Assembly (NCBI GenBank): GCA_040954595.2
Contig: CM082578.2
Span: 4,446,831 to 4,510,830 of the forward strand
Length of the DNA: 64,000 nt
Direction: 5' to 3'
Origin: Balanoglossus misakiensis
Taxonomy: Eukaryota > Animalia > Hemichordata
Made by a program: the position numbers and the translations under genes. Below are positions 13,062-25,976 of this stretch, piece by piece. The notes below the pieces were generated by a model, which saw only the letters and a list, made by a program, of their open reading frames with translations, was not told the DNA's origin and searched no databases. The stretch's first letter is position 1; every line of letters begins with the position of its first letter.

Positions 13062-13162
13062 CCAGTCTTTTCATATATTCCATCTTTTGTTATCGTTAGT
13101 CTTGTTTTAACTTATAGTTAATACCGTTATACTTTCTCTTTAAGGGGGTGAGCCGTACTCAA

Positions 13163-15897
13163 TTATGGCGTCCCGTACACTACGACTATAGTATCTTTCC
13201 TCTCCATGGGAATATGGACTTTTGATTTTACGTCCTTAGTTTCCCTTACGCGAGGAGTTTTAGAGGCAACCGCCGAAACAGAAGCGGCTGTTTTTGGTGG
13301 TAGAGGAGGTGGAGGTGGCGGAGGGGGTGGAGGGAGCGGCCCCTCCTCAATGAATGGTAAATTTCTGTAACCCTTCATTGGTTGGACTTCCGATTCGATT
13401 TTTACGATACCTATTTGAGCCTTGTGGGTTGTTATATTCCGATAAGAGTGTCCGTCCTTGTCGTCGTCGGTATCGTCAGTGGATACATTGCGGTATCGTG
13501 GCTGCTTGTCAAGTACCTCTTCAGGGTATTTTAGGTGTTTGGGGATGCGACGTTGGATTTTCCGTCGCTGTTTATGGATGTGGGGTTCGTCGTCGTGTCC
13601 GTAGTGGAAAGGTGTAACATCACTTTCTAGGTCAGAAACTGAACGACAAGCTGGTGGTAGAATACCGAAAGCTCGTCGGAGATGAGCAATTCCTCGACTT
13701 ATTTCAAGTAACTCTAGATGAACAGTCTGCAACCTAGAAGTAGGGGTTTGGGAATCGATGATTTTAATCTCAAAGTATATGGAATGTTGAGAATAACCCG
13801 CTAAGAGGCGTATAACCGAAGGGAAGGTAATGGAAGAGACCTTAGTTGGCGATAAGTGAAGTATGGTAAACGTATTTTACTTTTCATCTCCAAATCATTG
13901 GTGATCAAAGGATTAGCACCATCACACTGAATAACCTGCAGTGGAGACCATGAAATCTGCAAATAATTTGACAACAATGATTTCTCCGAGATAGTCAAAC
14001 TATTCGATGTGAGTGATGGCGTTCGAACCGAACATGGAGAGTAACGGATGGTGTCAATGAAAAGTAGAATGGTTTCTGTGTTCGATGCCAATTCTAAGTA
14101 GATGTTGGCCTTAGGGGAATTACGGCATATGAATGGGTTCTTGACAAAATGCCCGAAAAGGTATTTACGTCCTTGGATGAGAGCCAACCTCAACACTGTG
14201 TATGTTATGACAAGGACAATGATAGCGAGAATAACAGTTCTAAGCGTCTGCAAGTCAACGGAAAGGTGTGATGCGAAGTCAAACTGAGTTGTCCAATCTG
14301 TTACAGGCATGTTGGTTGTATCCCAATTGAGAAATTGCGGTGGGGTTGCAGCATGAACCACTTTGGGTAATTTTAATATCATTACAGCAAGTGCCAACTT
14401 TCGTATGCGGAGAAAAAGATAGATCTGGAACAGTAAAGATAGTCCTATAACAACAACTGCAGGAATTGCAAGTTTCATAGAAAAGGAATTAGTTAATATG
14501 TCTGTCCAATCATAAGAGAAGGCAGCCTCATCTATAGGGCTAATGAATGTTTGTTCATGGTCTTTGATAACCTGAGGTGCCCTTTTTGAGTCAACCTTAA
14601 CATTCTTGTCGACATTAGTGAATGATTCCATTGTTGTTGCAATACCAATGCATTAGGAAGTTGTGTGATCCAAGGCTTATTAAAAGTAGAAATACCAGAA
14701 AAATTACCAAGGGCTTTCATAGGATAGAAAGAGTTAAGATAGACAATATTGGCTGCATGAACCACCGAAATAGAAGAGTTCGGCTGACAAGTTGTGATTA
14801 CAGCAGGTAAATAGAAATCAGCGGAATGTAATTCGCAATCACAAGGAACGTCAACAATGCAAGTTACATTTTCGAAGAGGAACTATGTATTGATTATTAA
14901 TTTCAAATCATCAGTGGAACCTTCAATCAAAGCCTTGGATTCAGTGAGTTGAATGACGCGTGATGTCTTTTCCGGAAGAAGAGTCAATGATGTTTGACAA
15001 TGTGCCTCTATACCAGTCACATTGTCTCGAAACAGATGCCAACTACAACGATCAAATTCCTTTTTATAGACTTGAAAAGGTGTAATGCACCGCTTCACCT
15101 TACCACCAGTACAACGTGAAAATTGATCACTTGTCAATTCAAAGTAAATGGATCCGTCAGTCGCCACACCAAAATATGAAGGTAACTCCTGGATTTCAGT
15201 GACCCCATTATCAAACACAGATTCTGACTGTCTGGAACCAAAGGAATCAGGGAGATGAACCGGAAAAGACAAAACCCTATACAATTGGTGAAATAGTGTC
15301 CATCTTGGTTAATGGAACAGTTAACTTGATGTATAAATTGGCACTTGTATGATGAAACATTATTTGTCCTTGTTCATAATAATATTTTGGATGTGTATGA
15401 GCGATATGGAAGTGAGGGTATTTGCGGTTGAGAACGTTAGTTATGGATTGAAGTGCCCGTCGGATGTCCGATGTACTGACCAACTCGGGAGGCAAATGAC
15501 CTAATACTCAGGTTTTTAAGGCAGCTAACCTTCCCTCAGCTAGAAATAGTAATCTCAACAAATAAGTGGTCCTACGGTTTAATTCAATGTATGTGTGTAA
15601 TACATCGTGTATTAAGTTAATTTCGTCCGCTATTATTAATTGGTCCTCAGCCCCCATACTAATATAATCCCTCAGTGATTCTACAGTTAATGTCAAGGCC
15701 ATTACTGTACTATGGGTCTCACTAAAAGATTGCCATAAGTTATCAATCCTATTATTAGTAAGTTGAACAACGGTATTTAAACCCTTTTCAAAATTCAAAA
15801 TAAACCGTTTGTTCTTATTGACAGCCTTTTCTGCTTGCTGTACGTGTTGGGCCAAAATTTTGACATCTTTTGACGTGGCTGTCCCAAATAAGGATTT
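13163..15897 (-). pseudogene. env: env-like class I fusion glycoprotein (F-type) remnant with two hydrophobic segments and a Pro-rich tail
   Basis: KSLFGTATSKDVKILAQHV, heptad region, LYIKLTVPL, YRVLSFPV, Cys-rich block, TM-like LAIPAVVVIGLSLLFQIYLFL; split over ORFs 15508-15855, 15277-15495, 14883-15284, 13801-14631 and 13163-13732. Confidence 0.8.
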
Positions 15898-15985
15898 TGC
15901 CTATTTGAATACCCCTTCCACTTTATTAAATATTGTAACTTCCCATTTCTATAACGTCCTTTTAAGACTCTTTCAACTTCGTAAT
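15893..15985 (-). pseudogene. Chromodomain (N-terminal half) at the integrase C-terminus
   Basis: YYEVERVLKGRYRNGKLQYLIKWKGYSNRQN. Confidence 0.85.
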
Positions 15986-17221
15986 AAGAGTCAGACGAAG
16001 TATCGCTAGCTTGGTTATTGGAATCGTCCGATTCCGTATCTGAAGAATGACGTGAATCATTCTGTGTATGTGAATTAATGTCTGATTGCTCAACCCTAGA
16101 AGGAATTTCATTACTAGATTTGTTGGTATGCGAGAATGGCAATGGCTCATTCTCCTCTTCTCTTCTAATTCTGATGATGAAGATGAAGAGTTAAACTCTG
16201 ATGGCCTGAGATAAGCTCGTTTAAGCCTATTAGCATGGATGACCTTGCGATAATTCTTATTGCTATGTAAGTGTCTTAATTTATAATTCCATGGGGAAAC
16301 TGCTTCTGAAATTATGTACGGACCCGTCCATTTATGTACAAACTTCTTATTAACCCCGGGCTTAACAGCAGGTGTATACAAATAAACAGGATCCCCCACT
16401 TTAAGAGTCTGTGACCGCTTGATATTTTGATCATAGCGGTCTTTCATATTCTGCTGATATCTATCTATGTTTTGTTTGGCGTATCGATGAACTATGTCCC
16501 TTTTAGTGGCTAAGTGTTTAAGGTGTGTATCTATATTGCTTGTCCTACCCTCCACTGGTTGGAATTCAACATCCATAGGCAATGTGAGATGTCGACCGTA
16601 GAGTAGAAAATATGGACTATAGCCACTAGACTCTTGAGGACTGACTCTGTAAGCAAAAAGCACTGAGCTGAGGTACCTATCCCAATCCTTCTGTTTACTG
16701 TCAACAAACATGGACAACATGTCAACAAGGCAACCGTTGAATCTCTCTGTGAGACCGTTAGTCTGTGGGCGATAAGGGGTGGAAACTTTCCTTTGAATGT
16801 TGAAGAATTTACAAGTTTCCTGAACTACTTGAGACAAAAAATTCGATCCCTGATCACTCATCAAAACTCTTGGACTGCCATAAGTAGCGATGACTTCATC
16901 AAACAAGACCTTAGCAACTGTCTCAGCTCGTGCATTTCGTAATGGATATGCTATTGGGAATTTAGAAAAGTAATCAGTGAGTACTAGAATGTACTTATGA
17001 CCATCATAAGTTCTGGGGAGTGGCCCCACAATATCCATATCCCAAGGTCCTGAAACTGGAATAGGTAACAACTTGTCATGTGTAGGGGGCGTGGCTCGTT
17101 TTCTTTGTGCGCACGTCTTAACGTACATGTTAACGTCCCGAGGCATTCGTTCCCAAAAATATCTCTGCCTCAGAACTCCTAACGTCTTGGTATACCCTAA
17201 ATGTCCCCCCAAAACACAATC
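15962..17221 (-). pseudogene. Gypsy integrase (H2C2, DDE core, GPY/F)
   Basis: GGHLG..YFW, DIVGPLP, SDQGSNF, PQTNGLTERFN, KWTGPY. Confidence 0.92.
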
Positions 17222-18204
17222 ATTATTATTATTATTATATTTTATTTAAAGAGGGTAATCGGATTACAAATGAATTGTAATTTACATCAGGGCCCTCATG
17301 AAAAAAAAATACAATTTCATATAAATAGTGAATCGTAAATACACAACTGAAACAAAAGACAAAAAAAGGGCGAGGACATAGATAAATGAAAGAATAAATA
17401 AATAAATAAATGAGAAATCCAATCAAACAATAAGCTATCCATCCAAATCTGAACCTTCATTACAAAACTTCGTAAAAAGGTAACTGTACAATGCTGATTT
17501 AAATGATGATAAACTTGCATGGTTACGGATATACATGTATACAGGAATTGTGTTCCAAGTTTTTGCAGCTCGATAGGCAAACGACCTTTGACCCATGGCA
17601 GTCCTGAACCTTGGTGGGTAGAGGTCACCGGCGCTGACACTTCGAGTATTTAAACGATTCATTTCTGAGAGAGGTCGGAAAAGATCCCTAATATAGTTGG
17701 GTGCCAGGTCATTTAGAGCTTTGAAAGTCATAATAGCCGTGAAATATACAATGCGAAAATCAAATTTCTAGTCGAAAGGTTTTTACAAAGATTGTTGATG
17801 TGGTCGTCCCAACTTAACATGTTGTCAATTTGAATACCAAGTAACTTGTGGGTAGTGACATTGTCAATTTGAGTGCCATTAATAAGAACACGAAACGTAA
17901 TGTCAGAGTCAAAGAACACTCTGATTTTGGGACACGATGCAATAACCATACACTTTGTTTTTGTAGTATTTATAGCCATGTTATTGTTGTGAACCCAGTG
18001 TGAGACAGGGAGGAGATCACCATTCATACCACTTTCAATGTGTTTGATATCAATGCCAGAAACACACATGGTCTGGTCGTCGGCAAACATATTCAAACTT
18101 CCCGACATGAGGCAGAGTGGAAGATCATTGATGAACATTAAAAATAAGAGTGGTCCTAAAATAGAGCCTTGAGGTACACCGCTTGTCATTGGCATAACGT
18201 CAGA
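17222..18204 (-). mobile_element. 5'-truncated CR1/L2-type LINE fragment nested in the Gypsy integrase
   Basis: GVPQGSILGPLLF, FADD, C-terminal RSFAYRAAKTWN, (AAT)n tail at about 17222-17240; splits Gypsy LRGA|HDCVLGGH. Confidence 0.88.
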
Positions 18205-19960
18205 GCCCCCCTTAAGACATAATTTCGTAAAGATTTAGGTATTACGACCTGCCTAACACAGTCAAGTTTATCAGTTGATTTCCCCGTGGGTTTCCAAAAA
18301 TGATACAAAACCCCGTCAACAATGTCATAATTTGGAGCCATATTAACGAATTTACGAGCTAGCTTGGGATCGGTAAGCAATTCATCATTCTCTAAATAAT
18401 TGAGAAATTTACTTAGATAACTATCCCTTCTTTGCTCTCCCTTCATCTGTGATTGAACCTCTTCATCAAATGTATCCTCGATTTGTGACTGAGAGGAATT
18501 ATCGGAGCTACGAGTTAAAGTCCCGTACCCTGAGATGGCCTCAGTATTAGGAGAATCATTAACCCCAGGTTCTGTGTGATGCCCTATCTCAACATTATTT
18601 ACACCAAGCGAATATAATAGCTCAGTATTTACAGACTTATCTAACATTACGATTTGGCTATTAAGTTTGTAGTTTCTCGGGTGCCTGCTCTAAGTCAGTT
18701 ACGTCAGACTTGTACCCTTCACACTGAGGATAAGGTGGCCTTGACAACCCGTCAGCATTCATATGTTTCCTACCAGGTCTATAAATAATTTCATAGTCGT
18801 ATTGTTGCATAGGCATGATCCAACGACCAATACGGCCTTTAGGTATTTTCTGTTTGAATATGTATGTTAAATTGGAATGGTCCGTTACTATGGTGATATG
18901 ATTATTACGAATGTATGGGTCACAATAACGAATGGCATGGACTACCGCCAATGCTTCCATTTCGGTTACTGAATAATTTCGTTCGTGACAATTTAAACTT
19001 CTCCCGCCATACAAAATAACTCGTTCAATACCATCCTGTTGCTGTGCCAACACAAAACCAAGTGCATGAGTGGAACAATCCGTATAAACAATGAAATCTT
19101 TACTGGAATCAGGATACCCCAATATCGGTGCTTCGCGTAAAACCTGTTTCAACTGTTGGAATGCAGCTTCGCACCTTTCATTCCAAAGGAATTTTTCATC
19201 CTTACCCAACAACTTATGCAATGGCCTGGCGATACTGGAGAAATTCTTAATGAATTTCCGATAGTAATTAGCTAAACCTAGAAATGACTTAAGTTGTGTG
19301 ACTGTGTGTGGACGGGGATAATTCTTGACAGCGGTTCCGTCTCGGTTTATAATATGACCTAGAAATGTAACGCTCTTTCTCATTAATTGACATTAGCCGG
19401 GTTTTAACTTAAGTCCGGCGTCGCGTAATCTAGTCAAAAGTGTGTCAAGATGTTGCAAATGCTCTTCGAATGTGCTACTGAAAACTATTATGTCGTCGAT
19501 ATAACAAAGTACATATTGCCACATAATACTGCGCAAAACAAATTGCATGGTGCGTAGGAAACAACTAGGACTGTTGCGCAATCCTTGAGCTAGGCGACGA
19601 TATTGATATAACCCTTGATGAGTTACAAAAGCTGTCTTCGGTCTACTCTCTTCGTCTAAATCTAACTGGAAAAATCCAGACTGTAAATCTAAAGTGGAAA
19701 AATACTGCGGCTTGCTTCTCCCTAACATTTCAAGTGATTCGTCTGTTCGCGGCAAGGGAAAAGAGTCAGGTACGGTAATTTTGTTCAATTGTCGAAAATC
19801 AGTACAAAATCGCCACGATCCGTCGGGTTTGCGAACTAAAACAACTGGACTCTCGTATGGAGAGGTAGATGGTTCAATTATACCCTGCGCTAATAATTTG
19901 TCAACTTGTAATTCTAATTCTCGCATATTCTCCGGCGTTACTCTGTACGGTGAACGTCTA
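18205..19960 (-). pseudogene. Gypsy RT, RNase H and linker remnant
   Basis: SPVVLVRKPDGSWRFCTDFRQLN, YIDD, FLGLANYYRKFI, VYTDCS, TDH, ADGLSR. Confidence 0.92.
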
Positions 19961-19962
19961 AA

Positions 19963-21601
19963 AAGTCCTGTTTCAAAATGACCTACATTACAGGTCCTAT
20001 GCACACGTATTACATGTTCTGATTGGTTTATCCGCTTCTCTAAGGTCCACTTGCGGCACGCTGATTGGAGGGACCTTATGTGTTAGGTCTTATTACTATG
20101 TATTATTCACCAGACCTTGTAGGTTAGGTCTTATTACTATGCATTATTCACTTTACAGCTCCCTGATTGGTTAATGTGTAGGTCTGGTCCTCCAGTGTTC
20201 ACTGCCTCATTATGCAGGACCTTGTAGGTTAGGTCTTATTAACATGTATTTATTCAATTTTCAGCTCCCTGATTGGTTAACGTGTTAGTCTGATCCCCCA
20301 TGTGTTCACTGCCTCATTATACAGGACCTTGTAGGTTAGGTCTTATTAATATGTATTTATTCACCATACAGCTCCCTGATTGGTTAACGTGTCAGTCTGG
20401 TCCCCCAGTGTTCACTGCCTCATTGTGAAATGTCCCATGTGCTTCCTGGCTAGCGTTGTGGTAACACATTATTCGGGATGTCCGCAGATCGTTCATTGCT
20501 TTTCTGAGAAATAGCCTGACTGATACTATCTCCAACATAAACCGCACCCTGGAAAGATTAAATGATCATTTAGATGGACTTTGAAAATCTGATTTACTCA
20601 TCTAAGCATTTTTGCTAACAGTTGTATATTTTTAAATCACCCTCCTACTTCTCATCATCTATATTATTATTGTTGTTATTACTATTTTAAAGTATATTTG
20701 TTTTGACGAAGATGTTGTGATAAGGAGCACGTTGTCCGTTTATACATTCGTATATTGTTTTCATAAAAATGGAACTATGACGGTGCTGCTTCGTGAAAGA
20801 AGAAGTACAATAAAAGTTATCATACCTGTAAAGCAACTAATGAGGTATCCCAAAGAAATGCAATGCTATTCTAAACATTTCTATTGTAAGATAGTTTTGG
20901 TTTGCTTGAATGAATAGCACACACTTCGTATTCAGCCAGGTGTTACACGAAGTGATGCGCTGAAAGGCATTACGTAACAAAACACTAGCCCATTTCAACA
21001 AACCGCCACTGGAAATAAAATACAAAATTTCTCCTGGCAATTTTTATTTCTAGTATCTAGTTCACAGTATCACATAAAATGCCATGAATAGTGAAGGAAA
21101 AGGTGAAATTCAATCATTATATGAGTGCCTTTCTTTATACACTGGGATCGAGCTTCGACCACGCGCAGGCAGCCAGACAGAATACGACAACTGTATTCAG
21201 AAAGTACAAAAGACTTTGCGTAACGAGGCAGTGAAAACTGGAGACCTAGGCATAAACCAATCAGGGAGCTGAAAAGTGAATAATACATAGTAATAAGACC
21301 TAACCTATAAGGTCTAGTGAATAAATACATATTAATAAGACCTAACCTACAAGGTCCTGCATAATGAGGCAGTGAACACTGGAGGACCAGACCTACACAT
21401 TAACCAATCAGGGAGCTCTAAAGTGAATAATGCATAGTAATAAGACCTAAGCTACAAGGTCTAGTGAATAATACATAGTAATAAGACCTAACCTACAAGG
21501 TCCCTCCAATCAGCGAGCCGCAAGTGGACCTAAGATTACCAGATCGACCAATCACAGATGTCGGTACTTATGTCTTGGACCTGACTTATGAAACAGGACT
21601 A
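19963..21601. mobile_element. 1.6-kb non-autonomous TIR element (Academ-like ends), monomer 1
   Basis: TIR AGTCCTGTTTCA..TGAAACAGGACT; long inverted subterminal arms built from units of about 80 bp containing CTGATTGGTTAA. Confidence 0.75.
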
Positions 21602-23197
21602 GTATGACCTACATTACAGGTCCTATGCACACGTATTACATGTTCTGATTGGTTCATCCGCTTCTCTAAGGTCCACTTGTGGCACGCTGATTGGAGGGAC
21701 CTTATGTGTTAGGTCTTATTACTATGTATTATTCACCAGACCTTGTAGGTTAGGTCTTATTACTATGCATTATTCACTTTACAGCTCCCTGATTGGTTAA
21801 TGTGTAGGTCTGGTCCTCCAGTGTTCACTGCCTCATTATACAGGACCTTGTAGGTTAGGTCTTATTAATATGTTTTTATTCAATTTTCAGCTCCCTGATT
21901 GGTTAACGTGTTAGTCTGATCCCCCATGTGTTCACTGCCTCATTATACAGGACCTTGTAGGTTAGGTCTTATTAATATGTATTTATTCACCATACAGCTC
22001 CCTGATTGGTTAACGTGTCAGTCTGGTCCCCCCCCCCCCAGTGTTCACTGCCTCATTGTGAAATGTCCCATGTGCTTCCTGGCTAGCGTTGTGGTAACAC
22101 ATTATTCAGGATGTCCGCAGATCGTTCATTGATTTTCTGAGAAATAGCCTGACTGATACTATCTCCAACATAAACCGCACCCTGGAAAGATTAAATGATC
22201 TTTTAGGTGGACTTTGAAAATCTGATTTACTCATCTAAGCATTTTAGCTAAGTTGTATTTTTTTTAATCACCCTCCTACTTCTCATCATCAATTTTATTA
22301 TTGTTGTTATTACTATTTTAAAGTAAATTTGTTTTGACGAAGATGTGATAAGGAGCACGTCGTCCGTTTATACATTCGTATATTGTTTTCATAAAAATGG
22401 AACTATGACGGTGCAGCTTCGTGAAAGAAGTACAATAAAAGTAATCATACCTGTAAAGCAACTAATGAGGTTTCCCAAAGAAATGCAATGCTATTCTAAA
22501 CATTTCTATTGTAAGATATTTTTGGTTTGCTCGAATGAATAGCACACACTTCGTATTCAGCCAGATGTTACACGAAGTGATGCGCTGAAAGGCATTACGT
22601 AACAAAACACTAGCCCATTTAAACAAACCGCCACTGAAAATAAAATAAAAAAATTCTCCTGGCAATATTTATTTCGAGTATCTAGTTCACAGTATCACAT
22701 AAAATGCCATGAATAGTGTGAAGGAAAATGTGAAATCCAATCATTATATGAGTGCCTTTCTTTATACACTGGGATCGATCGCGAGCTTCGACCATGCGCA
22801 GGCAGCATGCCAGACAGAATACGACATCTGTATTCAGAAAGCACAAAAGACTTTGCATAACGAGGCAGTGAAAACTGGAGACCTACACATTAACCAATCA
22901 GGGAGCTGAAAATTGAATAAATACATATTAATAAGACCTAACCTACAAGGTCCTGCATAATGAGGCAGTGAACACTGGAGGACCAGACCTACACATTAAC
23001 CAATCAGGGAGCTGTAAAGTGAATAATACATAGTAATAAGACCTAACCTACAAGGTCTAGTGAATAATACATAATAATAAACCCTAACACATAAGGTCCC
23101 TCCAATCAGCGTGCCGCAAGTGGACCTAAGATTACCCGATGGACCAATCACAGATGTCGGTACATATGTCATGGACCTGACTTATGAAACAGGACTA
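21600..23197. mobile_element. 1.6-kb non-autonomous TIR element, monomer 2 (direct tandem)
   Basis: Direct repeat of 19963-21601 with a partly deleted left TIR; Gypsy pol EGAVP|FRRSPYRV is rejoined across the dimer. Confidence 0.75.
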
Positions 23198-24200
23198 ATG
23201 GTACGGCCCCCTCCTGAAGTGGGATTGTATGCTTGATTATATCACAATGACCTAGTTTGCCAGTAGAATCAACAAAAGCATCAGAGTGTCTGAGCAACAC
23301 CTGTTTAAGTTGTTCCCTCTATTCATTATTTACATCTAAGTTGTCTAATCGTAGTTGAGTCAACAAGTAATCTGTTTTGGTCTGTTTAACACTTAGTGAT
23401 ACTGTGCTAACATTAGGCTTATCTAAAGGAATGATATGACTTTGAACAAGCAAAGGCGAGAACATTCCGACAACAGTATTTTTCTTTATACAAACTTCAG
23501 ATTCTAAAGTATTAACAACACGTACAGGAATAAATTTCTTGTCGGAATAAATTTCTTGTCGGAATATGCCAAACTTCTCGCCATTAGAACACCAGGAGGT
23601 AATTTAGACCTTTTATCGTTAACACAACCTAGAATACCATTTCGAAATTTAGAAGACACTTTATAATTATAGCTTCGCTATTCGGAGGAATTAAAACATC
23701 ATTACTAGCCCTGACAGATACCTTTGATTTTAAGTTGATACTATTGGTTTGGAAATTAACAACAGCACCATAACGTCGCCTAAAATCAACACCCAAAATT
23801 AAATCATGGCTGAGAGTGTCGACAAGGTTAACATATAAAATTACCGTTTGATTACCAACTTGAGCAGGTATTTTCATAAATCCCATCACATTTAGTTTAA
23901 TTACTGGCACCAGCAGTTTGAACAGAATGATAACGAGATTTATAAATTTGATATTTGCTCAGTTCAGGAATCATTTTCATCAGTCGGATTGGTGCGACAG
24001 TTATGTTTGCTCCGGTATCAAGTAAAGAATGTACATCTCTTGAACAAATGGAAACAATAATCTTATTATCACTAATAATAGGGGTTTCATCAGATTGACC
24101 ACTAGTGCCCTTTATGTCCTGCGCTCCCTTACGAGTCTAATTAAATCCAAATTGCGGCCGTTCACTGGGTGACTCAGCGGAGCAAATATCCCAAGTGGGC
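23198..24200 (-). pseudogene. Gypsy protease and pre-RT linker remnant
   Basis: VHSLLDTGANIT at about 24000-24037, DLILGVDF, IVDSTGKLGHCDIIKHTIPL. Confidence 0.8.
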
Positions 24201-24201
24201 C

Positions 24202-25225
24202 TTAATTGTTTAAATGAGCACGTCGACAATTTCGTGCGATATGCCCAGGTTGTTTACAAGAATACCAAATTCGTGTATCAAAATATCTGCGGGAGTTTCT
24301 AGGACAATTGGGAGCACTATGACCTATTTGACGACAATTAAAGCATTCTACCTGAGCATTTCGTATTGCTCGTCCTCCATAGGTAGTAGGTGGTCGTCTT
24401 GCGTAGTTGACAGGTGGTCGTCTCTGTCCTAAACGGCGGTCCTCTGGAGGTTGCGGTTTTGGTTCTGCTCTGCTCTGGAGAGTCTTGATCTCTTCAGATT
24501 AGGTATTCAGATGACCGATAATCGCCCGGACGCCTGGGTGGGCTCATCCTCGTCTGTGGGGAGCTTGGTAACCACTTCAGCTGTCTTGGCGTGTAGATAC
24601 GCCGACGCAAAGTGCTTTGGCGTCCGTCCCGCCACGAATGCCTGTATTTTAGGTCTCAGGCCATTCATGAAAAAGGACAAGAGCTCCCTGTCGGATTTTT
24701 GCGCTTTGTCGGTCTTGTCTTTGAACAAGGCGGCGTATTGCTCGACCGACTGGCGGGGCTGCTGTCTAAGCTGGTATAGCTGTTGGTCATACAGCCACAT
24801 AGGGCCATACTTACCAAAGCGTTCCCGCAGCTTAGTTCCGATGGTCTCGAGGTCATTCTTCACCTCGTCAGGCTGGCTTCGGAACCATCGTTTGGCCTCT
24901 CCGGCAAGGTATAGACCGATGCCGCTGCGTTTCTTGTCATCAGCCCAGCCCCTGAAGTTGGCAAAGTCTAGATATCTTTGCCACCATTGATGTACATTCT
25001 CGTCTTCACGGCCTCTGAAGGTAGCTGGTGATAGACCGTCTGAGCTATCGGTACAAGCTAGACGGATTTCAGCCAGCTGATGCCTTGCCATTCAGCATCT
25101 GGTGCTTCTGCCGCTTGTTCTGGAGCCTGCTGCTGTGGCTCTGCCTCTGCTTCTGCCTCCGGTGGTGGTGGAAGTAGATTTTCGGCCATTCTGACGTTGT
25201 ATCTTGCCCCACTTCGTGTTGTCAT
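24202..25225 (-). pseudogene. gag: Gypsy gag remnant (capsid-like region and two CCHC knuckles)
   Basis: FRGREDENVHQW, YLAGEAKRW, LRQQPRQSVEQY, FMNGLRPKI, CFNCRQIGHSAPNC, (W)YSCKQPGHIARNC. Confidence 0.85.
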
Positions 25226-25244
25226 TAACGAGCTTGCTTCGGTA

Positions 25245-25260
25245 CCCGGATTCTCCACCA
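25245..25260 (-). promoter_or_regulatory. Primer binding site, tRNA-Ala type
   Basis: TGGTGGAGAATCCGGG, 2 nt inside the 5' LTR. Confidence 0.7.
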
Positions 25261-25262
25261 AA

Positions 25263-25976
25263 TGTTACCGCTGGTTGGTACTCTAACTTTGCAGTAGCAA
25301 AGAGGTGTGCAGGATCTACCAAAGTAGAGACTTGTTGAGACTCGAAGTAGTGGGAGTCAGAAGGTTTTATTTCTGGTGCAAAGGCTTTACAACACACGGT
25401 TGTCTGCAAGATGGTTGTTCAAAGCAAGAAATTACAGAGTTTATATGTCTTTGAGAAAGAAGAGAAATCAAAGATTCATCCTAGCGTGATCCTCATTGTC
25501 CAATTACAACTTTACAACACATCGGCATATTCTTGATTGTCCAATTACAAAATTATTACACAATAAAATGTCCTTCGGATTGGCTGTCGGTTCTCAAAGA
25601 AGAAATTATCTCTGTCAAGATCACGACCAACTGAAGGTGATCAAATACAAGGACTAGCAACCATCATATACAAACACCTCCTCCCTCGTATTTCAATAAA
25701 GTAAATGTACATTACGCAAAAGATGTAATTAAACTCATTCGTTGATTGAAATTCCCAGGTCTCAATATTTTTAAAGTACTCGATATTTGCAAGGTAATTA
25801 AATGTTGTGACTATAAATTAATGTCTTACCTAAACGTATTTGACCTCTATACACGGAATGACTGACCTCTATACACAGAATTACTGAACAGATCTAACTG
25901 GAAATTAATCATAGAAATTACAATTCTTTATTTCGATCGAAATTCTTCAATTTTCCTATTTTTATATATCGTAACA
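25263..25976 (-). repeat. Gypsy 5' LTR (714 bp)
   Basis: Inverted TGTTAC..GTAACA ends, adjacent PBS, shared sequence with 12753-13061. Confidence 0.88.

Larger units (their letters stand above)
12753..25976 (-). mobile_element. Ty3/Gypsy LTR retrotransposon with integrase chromodomain and env-like gene, degenerate
   Basis: Ends TGTTACG..CGTAACA, 4-bp TSD GTTC (12749-52, 25977-80; empty site AATGTTCTTATA in the other units), gag-PR-RT-RH-INT-chromodomain-env order on the minus strand. Confidence 0.95.
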
